Origin: Octopus vulgaris
Lineage: Eukaryota
Direction: 5' to 3'
Length of the DNA: 64,000 nucleotides
Assembly: GCA_951406725.2 (NCBI GenBank)
Contig: OX597827.1
Coordinates: 39,556,001 to 39,620,000, forward strand
In this document: positions 27,971 through 41,260 of the stretch, in pieces
Position numbering within the stretch: the stretch's first letter is position 1
Layout: every line of letters starts with the position of its first letter
The notes under the pieces: generated by a model
Seen by the model: the letters and a program-made list of their open reading frames with translations, nothing else
What the model was told of the DNA's origin: nothing
Databases searched by the model: none
Program-made: the position numbers and the translations under genes

Positions 27971-28054
27971 CGTAGATATACACACATATACATATATATG
28001 TATGTGTGTGTGTATATGTATGTATATGTGTGAGTGTATATATGTGTGTGTGCG

Positions 28055-28146
28055 TGTGTGTCTTTATAATAAATAGCAGATATAATTCTTATATATATAT
28101 ATATATATATAAGAATTATATCTGCTATTTATTATAAAGACACACA
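28055..28146. repeat. Perfect 92-bp palindrome centred on (AT)10
   Basis: tgtgtgtctttataataaatagcagatataattctt-(at)10-aagaattatatctgctatttattataaagacacaca. Confidence 0.95.
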
Positions 28147-28868
28147 TGCAGTGACATCACTCATTATATCATTATAAGCACCAGTTTGAGACAGAAAACC
28201 AGAAACAAGCAACCTTCAACAAACAGACCAACCAAAACTACCCTTAAAAACAAAACTGAGTGAAAAAAAACAACAGTGATCGGCTAAAAATAGTAGCCAA
28301 ATGTCTTGCAAATCAGACCTTATTGTCTTAAAAACAAACAAACAAAAAAGAAAAAAGGATATATTAGATAATGCAGACCTTCATACACAAAACAATGGAT
28401 GGGACATGGTTGGAATGTCTTTGATTATAGGCCTAGTTAATGAAAGTAAACCAAGGGCTGAATGACAACAAAATCAGAGCTGTGGAGTTTATGTATATAG
28501 CATTGTAATCAGCAGACAAGGTGAAGACAAAACTATTACTACTACTACTCCTGGTGGTGGCTGCAGCAGCAGTAGTGGTGGTGGTGGTAGTAATAGTAGT
28601 AGTAGTAGTAGTTGTACTAGTAGTGACTGCCACACTGGTGATGTAGTAGTGTAAATAATGGTAACCTTTGAAGAGGTTAAGAACATACATGTATGTATGT
28701 ATATTCATTAGTTTGTTTTAGTCAACACAGCCCTGGCTAGGCTGGAACACCATCTTTATATTATATGTACTCTTTATATTCAAACACAAACACACATTTC
28801 TATATAAGGCACTCGTGTACTGAATTCTATTTCATCTATTTTCTTCCACGAAACCTATATATATATAT

Positions 28869-28905
<37 letters not shown>

Positions 28906-29178
28906 CAGACATATACACACAAACAGATATACTCAATTGTTTGATTGCCAACGATGTCATTCAATATAGGTGTGTTCTAATTGTTATGAAGACTTTGAAC
29001 TCTAGGCAAACTGTTGACATTTCTCTAATATCAATATCTGGAGCAACACAAGCAACAACAACAATAGTAAGTACCTGAGGGTCTTGTGTAATTTAAACTT
29101 TATGAATAGGGATGGAGTTAGTGGATCGAGACTAGGCAGGTGTTTCTATGCATTCGAGCAATTTTGCTTGAGTGTGTA

Positions 29179-29224
<46 letters not shown>

Positions 29225-29583
29225 TGTACACACATGCATATCTATATAAACGAATGTATTGGGAATCACTTGATTCCTTCTATTGCTACCGGAAGACTCA
29301 CATACATAACGTAAACAGTGGGTTAGGTAATATTTGGTGACATTTAATTATATGTACATATAAGAGAGAGTGACAGAAAGAGAGAGAGTGTGTGTAAGCA
29401 AATAAAGCAAGTCATGTACTCTAAAAAGAAAACATTACTGTTTGTATATCCTGGATTGTTGGTTGCTTGGTCCAGCTAAATTATGCTTGAATTTCATTAA
29501 TTTTATGGCTTGGTAACCAAGTCCTCATCTGGAGTGCTTGGTTCTACTTGATTCTTTGAATCCAATTTTTACATTATATATAT

Positions 29584-29619
<36 letters not shown>

Positions 29620-30348
29620 CTTCGTATTTTGTATATTCCAGATGTCTACCAGTGTACTCATAAAAGCACCTACGCTACTTGTTGCTGGCTACTATACATG
29701 ATTTTCAACATGTTGAGTATGGAATCACTATGTATGCAGTACTCCATGTAGCATAAGATAAATACATTAATAACAAGAAATACTTCATGGATGAAGATTA
29801 TATATACACACACACACATATATAAATATACATATATATATATATTGTATGTATGTGTGTATATGAAGCAAGGATGATGATATGCATGCGTATGTGTATA
29901 CATAAGTGTATTTGCATTCATATACACACAAAAGTATGGCTGTGTGGCGGAGAAATTCACTTCACAACCACATGATTTCAGATTTGATTCACCCCTGCAA
30001 GACACCGTAGACAAGAGTCTTTTACTACAGGTTTGTGAGTGAAACAGGAAATAGGTCAGCAGAAAGTATCAGGAAACCTGTCATACACACACATACGTGC
30101 ATGTGTGTGTGTGTGTGTTTAGTAATGTGTATGGGCATGCATTTGTGGCTTCTCATTTGCATCTTAATATTAATTGCATGCTTTACTGCAAAACGGTTTC
30201 ACTGCTTAGACAATGTTGCTACTGTGCATGGTGGTGAGGAAAACAAGTCCAGTCACTGAGCAGTTAGCCATGCAAAAGTATCCTATTTGGAAACAAAGGT
30301 TGGTGATAAGGGTATCTGGCCATGGAATCTTGCCCAATCCATGCAGCC

Positions 30349-30386
<38 letters not shown>

Positions 30387-30479
30387 GTGAGTGTGAAATG
30401 TAGCCCTCCAAGTTATTAACAAGAGTTTCAGACGAGCCATCTGCAGGAGAGGGGTGGTGGAATTTTGAATTTTGGGTAA

Positions 30480-30860
30480 GAAATTTCAGAACTGGAGGCA
30501 AAGCCTTGGACTGAAGCACCTTGAAGTAGACTCAGCAATGATTAATGGTTCTGTAAGTTGCAAGAAAGACAGGGTGTAGCTACCATCAGGAAGATAGCCA
30601 TGATCAGCATGCGGAGGCGAAGTAGGTAAAAATTCCATATAATGTGCAAGGTGTAAACCACAGATACAAAAGGAAGTGTAGTGGGATCACAGGCAGAAAA
30701 ATACATCATTTCAAGTGTTCAAGTTGTTCTATAGAAATAGTGTAATTAATAGTTTCTGTTACATAGGTGACCTAATTAACCTGCAGTTGTTCTGAAAGCA
30801 AAGTAACATGAGTAAGGACAGGGTGAAAGAAGTTCAAGGAGTTATTACGTCAACTGGTTT
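30480..30860 (+). mobile_element. RTE-type LINE ORF remnant
   Basis: Degenerate VGKNSI*CARCK... and NSFCYIGDLI...VRTG*KKFKELL motifs from the region after the RT core. Confidence 0.55.
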
Positions 30861-31479
30861 CTTGCTCAGCATGGTGAAACTTAAGTTCCTGCCCACTCAA
30901 ACACAGGGAAGAGTATATTGAAATGGAGGAAGTGATGGAAGCTGGGATATATACAAAGGTGCAAATATGGCCCTGTTGTAAGAAGCTTGCTTTTAAATCA
31001 CATGGTTTAGGGTTCAATCTCACTGCATAACCTATGCAGGACAACGGTCTTCTACTACAGCACCAAGCCATGTGAGCAGATTCAATAAATGGAAACTAAA
31101 AGAAGTCCATCATATATACATGTGTATGTGAGCGTGTTACTGTCTCCTCACCTTGACATCACATAGTAGTTGTAAATGAGTATCACCATCATGGAAGCAG
31201 TGTCCTTTGTTTCCAATCTTCTCTGAAAATATGCCTGGTCATAGGGAAAATTTACCTTACTTAGAATCAGATCAGGGTTGGCAGCAGGAACAGCACCTGG
31301 CTGCAGAAAATTTGTTTTAAAAACGTTTGTGCCCTGCTTGCATAGCACAGTGGGCATTAAAATGATGATGATGATGATCTACAATTAAGTCTTTTGACCA
31401 TTTTGTACCTCCTAAGTCTCATCTGCCCCTGTTTATCCATTAGATGTCCTCTCATTTTCCTATTGCTTACTCTCCTATT

Positions 31480-31660
31480 CACTGTGGTATGGCCTTGGAA
31501 AATTATCAATGGAGCAGGGCGAGGAGATACAACTCAATGAAATCCCATTCAGTGTGGGAACCAAAACAATGTCCTGCTGAATGAGGAAAAAATTTGAGCT
31601 CATCCACTTTGGGAAAGAGGATATACTTAAGCAGCCATATCCTATTCCATTAGCAAAATC
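31480..31660 (+). mobile_element. CR1-type LINE RT remnant
   Basis: NNVLLNEE / KFELIHFGK resembles W...N.M.FN..KF..LH.G. Confidence 0.45.
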
Positions 31661-32185
31661 TCTCAAGCTGACAAACAATGCCAGAAACTTTTATATACAT
31701 ATATATATGTATATGATGTGTGTGTGTGTTTGTACACACACACATAGCACAAATGCAGGTTTGGATGTGTGGATAAGAAGCTTGCTTCCCAACCATATAA
31801 TCTTAAGTTCAGGCCCCTGTGTGGCACCTTGGGTAAGTCTCTTCTGCTATATACTTACACCAATCAAAGCTTTTTGAGAGAATTTGATAGAGAAAAAAAT
31901 TAAAATCTGTAGTAAATCTGTGCATGTGTGTACGTATGTATAGGTTTATATTCATTTATATATTTGTAAATGAGCATCATAATCATATTAGTGATGTTGT
32001 TTCCATTCTTGTATAGGGTAATATTACCTTGCTAGGAAACAGGTGAGGGTTGGCATTAAGCAGAGCATCTGGCCATACAAAATTTGCCTCAACTAATTCC
32101 ATCATACCAATGCAAGCATAGAATAGAGGACATTAAACAACAATAAAGATATGTGTGTGTGAGTGTGTGTATAAGCATATATGCA

Positions 32186-32248
<63 letters not shown>

Positions 32249-33274
32249 ATGTATGTATGTATGTATGTATGTATGTATGTATGTATGTATGTATGTATGT
32301 ATGTGTGTGTATGTGTGTGTGTGTATGTATGTATGTATGTAAAAATCTAACCAAAATAAAAGTGAATGCCAAGAGAAAAGGAGAGGAGAAAAGAGGGAAG
32401 AGAAACAAAAATGATAAAAAGTGAGAACTGATATTTCCACCTAAGGATTTCATTATATTCATGCCAATGTTGCTAAATTTGGCAAGATTAAGCTCTAGAT
32501 TATACTTATGACTACCACCATAATGCTACTGCCACAACTATAAACACTACTACTAGCATGAATGTTGCTGCTACAGCTACAAACATCTCTATCGCCACCA
32601 TTACCAGCTGCAACAGATCCACTATGACCATCACCACAGTGTTGCTACTACTAATACTACTACGGTACTAGTAGTTGCACCAGCACTACCAATGCCATCA
32701 CCACAACAGTATCACTAGCTTCACCATCACCATAATTTTTACACGACGTCTTTTTTTTTTGGTTGTTTGATTTGCTACAAATAGCAAACAAATCTCTCTC
32801 AAATCATACCCTTTGGTCATAAATAAAGGAAGAATACGTTAGATTATAGGGTACACCATGTCGTTAAAACATGATAAAATGTTGTCAACTGGAAAGCTTT
32901 TGACCAACCCTCCGCGTGTATATATATATATATATATATAAACACATACATATATATATACATATATATATACATATATACACATACATATAAATATATA
33001 CACATATATGCATACATATATACACATACATATATATCTATACATATATAAGCACATACATACATATATATATAGGCATATATACACATATATATCTACA
33101 TATATGCATATATACACATATATATATACATATATGCATATATACACATATATATATACATATATGCATATATACACATATATATATATATACATATATA
33201 CACACATATATATATATACATATATACACACATATATATATACATATATGCATATATACACATATATATATATA

Positions 33275-34574
33275 CTAGCAGTATCGCCCGGCGTTGCTCG
33301 GGTTTGTAAGTGAAATAACTATATAAGCATTTTTAGAGAGTTATAGCCAAAAAATAGCAAAAAATGCATTAAAAATGGAAAAAATATGATGGTAAATTTT
33401 TTTTAAAATCGTTGACTCATCGTAGACATTTTTAGAGAGTTACTTCCCTTATATAATAGCGAAAAAATGCATTAAAATGGAAAAAAACGATGGTAAATTT
33501 TTTTTAAATCGTAGACTCATGTAGACGCTTTCTTAGCCATTTCTGTTTTGGTGTCTTCAAGCCATGAAGTCGTTGTTCTAAAAGAACACTGGTCTCCTTG
33601 ACAACGCATTACGACGTTGATTTCCTTACACTCCCTTCCCCACAGGTGCAGGTGTGAGCGTGGACGCCAACTCCGCCGCCATCGACACACGAAAAATTAT
33701 GCATTAAAATGGAATAAAAAATGATGTTAAATTATTTTTAAAATCGTAGACGCGCGCTAATATTCAGACGGGCTCGATATGAATCACGACTATAAGCTAC
33801 CCGAATTTGGTTAAACTGTACCGCAAAATGTGGGAGTAGTTAGGAATCTAAATCGAAGGGGACAGACACTCACACAACTACAGTTTTATATATATAGATA
33901 TACATAGCGCAGTAGTGGTGAGATATGACAGCAAAGAAAAGCATACATTCACTCTCTGCATGCAATTAGACTCGGAAAGTTCGTGAGGAACCCATTGACC
34001 CAATTTGCTGACTTTTCCGATAGCACACAGGTGTCAATGAATGGTTGAATGACCAAATCCAAGCTTCTCTGCTAGTTCCTCAACAGTTACGATGATATTT
34101 TGTTCCACCAGGGTTTTCAGGATGTCCTTGTCGAGTTCTACAGATCTTTCAGGATGAGGCTTGTCTTCTAGGCTGTAGTTTATGGCTCGGAATTTCTGGA
34201 ACCACCATTGACACTGCCTTACGCTTATTGTCCAATCCCCATATACTGCATTAATATTTCTTGTACTTTGCACACATTTATATTCTGTTATTCTTTTATA
34301 TGTTTCAGCCTTGAGGTTGTGGCCATGCTGGATCATGTGTGTGTGTGTGTGTGTGTGTCTATCTGTCTGTCTGTCTGTATGTATATATGTATATGTATGT
34401 GTGTGAACAATAATATTTTCAACAGATGTGTTGCAAATGTATCTGATTGTTCTCAAGCTTCAATACTGTGTGTGTGTGTGTATGTGTGTGTGTGTATGTA
34501 TGTATGTATATGTATGTATGTATATGTATGTATGTATGTATGTATGTGTGTATGTATGTATGTGTGTGTATGTA

Positions 34575-34605
<31 letters not shown>

Positions 34606-35046
34606 ATGTATGTATGTATGTATGAGTGTATGTTTACTTTATTATTAATTACTCTCTTCCAAGAACATTTTCACTCACTCTTAGCTCTTAGCTTCCCATA
34701 CATTTTACTCATGTGTCTATCAGCGTCATAGACAGAATACTTTCACTTTAGTCTTCCTCAAATCACTGTCGCTATTTACTTTCATTTTATTCGTTGCCCA
34801 CTGTGTGTGTGCGTTTGCGTGTGGTGTAAACCAGACTAAGAAAAGCATTTGACACACACACCAGAATGTGAGTTTTCTGTAAATTTTGCTTAATTGGAGT
34901 TTAAATTTTAAAAACTGGAGCTGGCATGACGCGATGCATTGTACTCTCAAAAATGGTAGGTAAATTGTAATTGAAGAAATCCTATATTGTAGATTTGTAT
35001 AACTCCCAAAGGGAGGCAGATAAAATCTGCCTTTTATAATAAGAGA
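33275..35046 (-). mobile_element. Composite Helitron, left copy (captured SINE tail + mariner fragment)
   Basis: Minus strand starts TCTCTTATTATAAAAGG and ends hairpin+CTAG; target A(33274)|T(35047); inner Helitron 33275-33898. Confidence 0.8.
33900..34270 (-). pseudogene. Mariner transposase N-terminal fragment inside left composite Helitron
   Basis: STRNINAVYGDWTISVRQCQWWFQKFR...LGQWVPHELSE; ORF 34034..34456. Confidence 0.8.
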
Positions 35047-35188
35047 TACATATATACACATATATATATATACATATATGCATATATACACATATATATA
35101 TATACATATATGCATATATACACATATATATATACATATATGCATATATACACATATATATATACATATATGCATATATACACATATA

Positions 35189-37034
35189 TCTCTTATTATA
35201 AAAGGCAGATTTTATCTGCCTCCCTTTGGGAGTTATACAAATCTACAATATAGGATTTCTTCAATTACAATTTACCTAGCAATTTTAAGAGTACAATGCA
35301 TCGCGTCATGCCAGCTCCAGTTTTTAAAATTTAAACTCCAATTAAGCAAAATTTACAGAAAACTCACATTCTGGTGTGTGTGTCAAATGCTTTTCTTAGT
35401 CTGGTTTACAGCACACGCAAACGCACACACACACTGTGTAACGAATAAAATGAAACTAGATGTAATATTTGTTACTGTCCATGAACGCTGATAGATACAT
35501 GAGTAAAATGTATGGGAAGCTAACAAATAAGAGTGAGTGAAAATGTTCTTGGAAGAGAGTAAATTTGAAGCTTGAGAACAATCAGATACATTTGCAACAC
35601 ATCTGTTGAAAATATTATTATTCACACACATACATATACATATATACATACAGACAGACAGACAGATAGACACACACACACACACACATGATCCAGCATG
35701 GCCACAACCTCAAGGCTGAAACATAAAAGAATAACAGAATATAAATGTGTGCATGTGTGTGAGAGAGAGAGTGTGTGTGTATATGTATGTATGTATGTAT
35801 ATATATATAATAATGCGGTTTTTTCAACCGCTTGAACTAAAAGTCAGAGGGGAATGGGATAAACTACTTATATTAACTTGCTATAAAAGCAGGTAGTAAT
35901 TTTATCTTGTCCTTATTCATAGTGCAAGTTTTGAAGAGTGCATTTCGATTTTAACAGCTATTTTTTTCAAAGCTATGTTGGAAGTAACAAAGGAGCATAT
36001 TTGGCATATTTTGCTTTATGAGTTCAATAAAGACAACAACGCAAATGCAGTATATGGGGATTGGACAATAAGCGTAAGGCAGTGTCAATGGTGGTTCCAG
36101 AAATTCCGAGCCATAAACTACAGCCTAGAAGACGAGCCTCATCCTGAAAGATCTGTAGAACTCGACAAGGACATCCTGAAAACCCTGGTGGAACAAAATC
36201 TCATCGTAACTGTTGAGGAACTAGCAGAGAAGCTTGGATTTGGTCATTCAACCATTCATTGAGACCTGTGTACTATCGGAAAAGTCAGCAAATTGGGTCA
36301 ATGGGTTCCTCACGAACTTTCCGAGTCTAATTGCATGCAGAGAGTGAATGTATGCTTTTCTTTGCTGTCACATCTCACCACTACTGCGCTATGTATATCT
36401 ATATATATAAAACTGTAGTTGTGTGAGTGTCTGTCCCCTTCGATTTAGATTCCTAACTACTCCCACATTTTGCGGTGCAGTTTAACCAAATTCGGGTAGC
36501 TTATAGTCGTGATTCATATCGAGCCCGTCTGAGTATTAGCGCGCGTCTACGATGAGTCTACGATTTTAAAAATAATTTAACATCATTTTTTATTCCATTT
36601 TAATGCATAATTTTTCGTGTGTCGATGGCGGTGGAGTTGGCGTCCACGCTCACACCTGCACCTGTGGGGAAGGGAGTGTAAGGAAATCAACGTCGTAATG
36701 CGTTGTCAAGGAGACCAGCGTTCTTTTAGAACAACGACTTCATGGCTTGAAGACACCAAAACAGAAATGGCTAAGAAAGCGTCTACATGAGTCTACGATT
36801 TAAAAAAAAATTTACCATCGTTTTTTTTCCATTTTAATGCATTTTTTCGCTATTATATAAGGGAAGTAACTCTCTAAAAATGTCTACGATGAGTCAACGA
36901 TTTAAAAAAAAATTTACCATCATATTTTTTCATTTTTTATGCATTTTTTGCTATTTTTTTGGCTATAACTCTCTAAAAATGCTTATATAGTTATTTCCCT
37001 TACAAACCCGAGCAACGCCGGGCGATACTGCTAG
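35189..37034 (+). mobile_element. Composite Helitron, right copy
   Basis: A|TCTCTTATTATAAAAGG...cccgagcaacgccggg..CTAG|T; inner Helitron 36398-37034 begins TCTATATATATAAAACTG. Confidence 0.8.
35810..36397 (+). pseudogene. Mariner 5' half (leader + HTH region to WVPHEL), cut off where the inner Helitron begins
   Basis: ORF 35975..36262 LEVTKEHIWHILLYEFNK...LGFGHSTIH*, then GKVSKLGQWVPHELSE. Confidence 0.8.
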
Positions 37035-37264
37035 TATATATATACATATATGCATATATACACATATATATATATATACATATATGCATATATACACATA
37101 TATATATATACATATATGCATATATACACATATATATATATATACATATATGCATATATACACACATATATATATATACATATATGCATATATACACATA
37201 TATATACACACACACACACATATATATACACACACACACACACATATATACACACACACACACA

Positions 37265-37337
<73 letters not shown>

Positions 37338-40300
37338 ACATATGCATATACATATATACACACACACGCGCGCACACACATATATACATTGCAATCATGG
37401 TTGACCTGAGTTTGAATAATATCAAAAACAGACAGCCTGTGTGTAGCACCAAACTTGCTGCTAGTGCAGCGAAATCTCCCATGTATCACATCCTACAATC
37501 TTAAAGAAAGACTGCATTGAATAATAATGATGTAGTTCTAGAAATATTAGCTGGTTACTGGCGATTGCAATGGTGATAGTTGGAATGCCTATGATCAAAA
37601 TCTGGTTTCATCAGGGTTGACCTTGGGCTAAACAGTACCACCACCACCTCCATTCCTAATAACAACAACAATAGCAAAAATAATCTGGCAGTGTTCCTAA
37701 TTGCCTGTGGTGCCAGAAAGAAAGTAAAAAGAAAGAAAGAAAGAAAGAAAGGAAGGAAGAAAGAAACTTTTCTACCCCCTAACTTCACACTCTGCTTTTT
37801 CTTATCAATGCAACAATTTAACAAAGCTGACATGATGGTGGTAGAGGAGTAAGGTGGGGGGGGGATATATGAGAATATGGGAATTTCAGAATATTGGAAG
37901 AAGGTGTTATGGAGAGGGTGGGGGAGTGGAACTTGACATACAACTTGCAAGTGTATGCCAGTTAAACTTTGGGTCATGTTTTCAGGTGTCAAAGAGAGTT
38001 ATATTAATTGTTTGACAGTTGCTGGCAGCACCATCATATTCACTGCTGCCATTGGTGATGCTGCTGATGATGATAACTGGAGTGATGGAGGTGGTGGCGA
38101 TGGTGGTGGTAGCAATGGCTGTAGAAATTGTGGTGATGGTGATAGTAATAGTAATAGTAGTAGCCTAGCAGCAGAAGTGATAATTATAACAGAAGCAGCC
38201 GCAGCTGTGGTAATGATTGCCATAGAAGCAACAACTGTAGTGGTAAGAGTAGAAGTGGTAGCAGCAATAGTGGTGATGGTGCTGGTTGCTAGCACCAAAC
38301 TCAACTTTGAAGCAAGGACCTGAACCTAACATAATTCTAAATCTTGTTCATTTTTCATACTCAAGGGCTCTAATTTGGTGGGAAGGAATAGTCAAATATA
38401 TTAACTCAAACCCCACTGATTCTCAAGTTTGGAAGAATAAAAGGTGAGGTCAACCTCATTGGGATTTGAACTCAGAATGTAAAGAAAAAATAAAATTATG
38501 AAGAACACTTTTGCCAATTACATAAGCAATAAGGGTTTTACATTTAAATGTAGAAAGAAATGAAGCAACAAAATTAAAAACAAAATGATATTGAAATAGG
38601 ATGTATGTGTAAAGGGTTTCTACCACCAGGTGCAATCAAGAAAAACTATAGATTCTAGCTTGCCATGGATACCAAGAGCAAGTGCTCATTTCTTGATTGT
38701 GGTGTTTGGCCTACAACTGTATGTCCAGAGTGAGGCCCATTTAGCCAAGCAAAGGAGGTGGTGTTGCATGATCCATTGACCTTTTAAAAATAGCAGCAAA
38801 ATCTTCATCATTTTACTATGTATTTCTTTAAAAGGGAAGAGACGTATGTTCAGATAAAGCTGTTCTAGCTACTCTACACTTAAAAAAAATTATAGGATGG
38901 CACGGCTGGAATGCCTTTCACTAAAGATTTTCTTAATTAGAACTGACTTTCAACTAATCTACTGGAGAACAACATGTTTCTCTCCACCCGCATCTTCTTC
39001 AAGAGATACTTGGAGAAATTGATGGTTTGACCAGAGAGTAAAAGCTGTCCCCTCACTCCTATCCACTATGCTATCTCTTTCACCATATTCAGCCAATAGA
39101 AGAAAACTGTTTGTTCTTACCTTCCAAAAGAAGATGGTTGGTCATTCCTCAGAAAGAACAAACCAGATCTGTTCTACATTTTTAAAAGTCATTCAACATA
39201 AGTCAGCAAAACGATTTCATCACTCTATACAGACAAGCCCAACTGAGGATACTACTGCTACTACTTACTACAAACATAGATACAAGGTCACACACATGAT
39301 GGGAAAGGTATAGCTGATACAATTAACCAAGTACACAACTGATACTTATTTTGTAGATATAAGAAGTGAGCGAAAGAGTCAAGTTGACCCCAGAATGATT
39401 CACACTCAGAATAGAGGAATGAAACTAAATACTCGTGAATATTTTAATTCAATAGTCTACCAAAATCATTACAGCCATACACTAACAACAAAGGAAAATG
39501 GAGACTGAAGAGCGAAAAAAAATATAGGGTGAAAAAATCAATAAATAACCAAGTTCCAAGATATAGAAATATGATGTATTGTTTGAGGCATTGGTCTATA
39601 TGAAACTGAGATAGTATGAAGTGTCAGTTTAAATTGATTGCTACACTTCCTGTGCCAGAAAGAAGATAAATATACAATAACAATAAACACATAAACATAG
39701 AAAGCTTTTATGTCAACTAGTTCAGATCTTCAGTTATGAGTTTGGTTCCCACCAAAGGTAATTTTAACAGTTTACCTTTTAGGTATTAAAAAAATGGTTT
39801 CTTGCTTTGGCAAATATTTTCAAAAAAGGTAGGTGGTATATTCAAATATAGGGACCCCAGTAATGACTGCTTTTTAACAAGGCCAAAGGCAAATTTAACA
39901 ACAAATCTTTAATTTGAGACACAGTAGAAGAATGTTGTAACACTATAGGGTTTCGTTGGCTGCTCTTCCATTTCTTGTAATTCTAATGATGATGTTAATT
40001 GTGATTTGTAGCTTTCAGTCACATCAATTTCACGACTCCTCATCCACTGGAAGGGAGCACTTCCCTCTCTATTTTTAGAAAGAAATGCTCTCTTCCAGTG
40101 AATTTTTAAGAAATAGAAAGCAAATTCTTTTATAAAATTGAAAAGCCTGTTTGACCGATACTTATCTCTGATTTTCATATAATAAGACAACTCATTTCTA
40201 GGAGAAACACTCTGTTGTATGTAACTTTCCTAGAGGCCCCACTACCTTTTTCAATCAACTATGTTACATAAGAGTTGAATTAGAGTTAAGGTATAATGCC

Positions 40301-40959
40301 TAAACATATGTAATAAAACCATGACTTTGAAGTCAAGAACTGGTAGAATGGAGGAAGATGTGGGAATGGAGAAGACATGACGAAGTAAAATCTCAGGGTG
40401 GCTGGGCCCTCATAGATGAAGTGATGATGAAAGACTGACATGAATGAGTGGTTACCTACGATTCATCAAAGATATCTAACCTATGTCAGCTTGAGAAAAA
40501 TAGCCATTGAAGAGGAAGGTGATGGTTATAGTGGTAGTGATGGAGCAGTAATGGTGGTGGTGGCAGGGATGGTGGTGATAGTGAGAGCAGTAATAGAGGT
40601 GATATTGATGCTGATGATGATGATGGTAGTGACACTAATAGTACCGACAATGGTGAGCTCAATGGAATATCATTTTGCTGAATTTTCCTTTCATGTTTTT
40701 TTTATAAAAGCAATCGACCATAATAATAGTGAGGCGCATCACAACTTACTGCACCCTTCTCATTATCTAAATTCCTTTTTTTTTTGTTCTTAACAGACTA
40801 ATTCCTATTGATATACGAGTGTTGAGATATGGATGTAATGACATAATACCATGTGACTATCATCACATTTCACTGATTAAAGAGAATTTTATAATGACTG
40901 GTCATTACTATGATTACACTCATATATGGTTTTGTAGTGTCAGGGTATGTGTGCATATC

Positions 40960-41260
40960 TGTAAATGTGTGCACATGTACGTGTGTGTGTGTGCATATGT
41001 ATGTGTGTGTGCATGTGTACTTATATGTGTGTCTGCATGCTTGTGTATGCATATTGTGCGTGTGTACTTATATGTGTGTCTGCATGCTTGTGTGTGTGTT
41101 GCACATGTGTACTTATATGTGTTGTGTGTGTGTGTACTTATATGTGTGTCTGCATGCTTGTATGTGTGTACTTATATGTGTGTCTGCATGCTTGTATGTG
41201 TGTTGTGCGTGTGCACTTATATGTGTGTCTGCATGCTTGTGTGTGTGTATGAATTTATGT
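40960..41260. repeat. Minisatellite (gtgtacttatatgtgtgtctgcatgcttgt...)n
   Basis: About six imperfect units. Confidence 0.8.

Larger units (their letters stand above)
32920..37380 (+). repeat. ~30-bp minisatellite (catatatgcatatatacacatatatatata)n and AC/AT microsatellites, interrupted by the two Helitrons
   Basis: Same unit, in the same orientation, at 33090-33274, 35047-35188 and 37035-37200. Confidence 0.85.

Noticed and set aside
37955-38323. Ala/Gly/Val-rich ORFs on both strands
   Set aside because: Cryptic (GGT/GAT/AGT/GCA)n trinucleotide tract, as at 32520-32730, 28540-28650 and 40520-40640.
38975-39150. Possible Tx1/L1-like LINE tail (also ~935-1120)
   Set aside because: Only a short degenerate peptide resemblance; cannot be supported without a search.
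39909-40190. 93-aa minus ORF with protein-like composition (possible alternative last exon)
   Set aside because: The best acceptor (aaaatag) gives phase 2, incompatible with the phase-1 donor at 55365; no recognisable homology.
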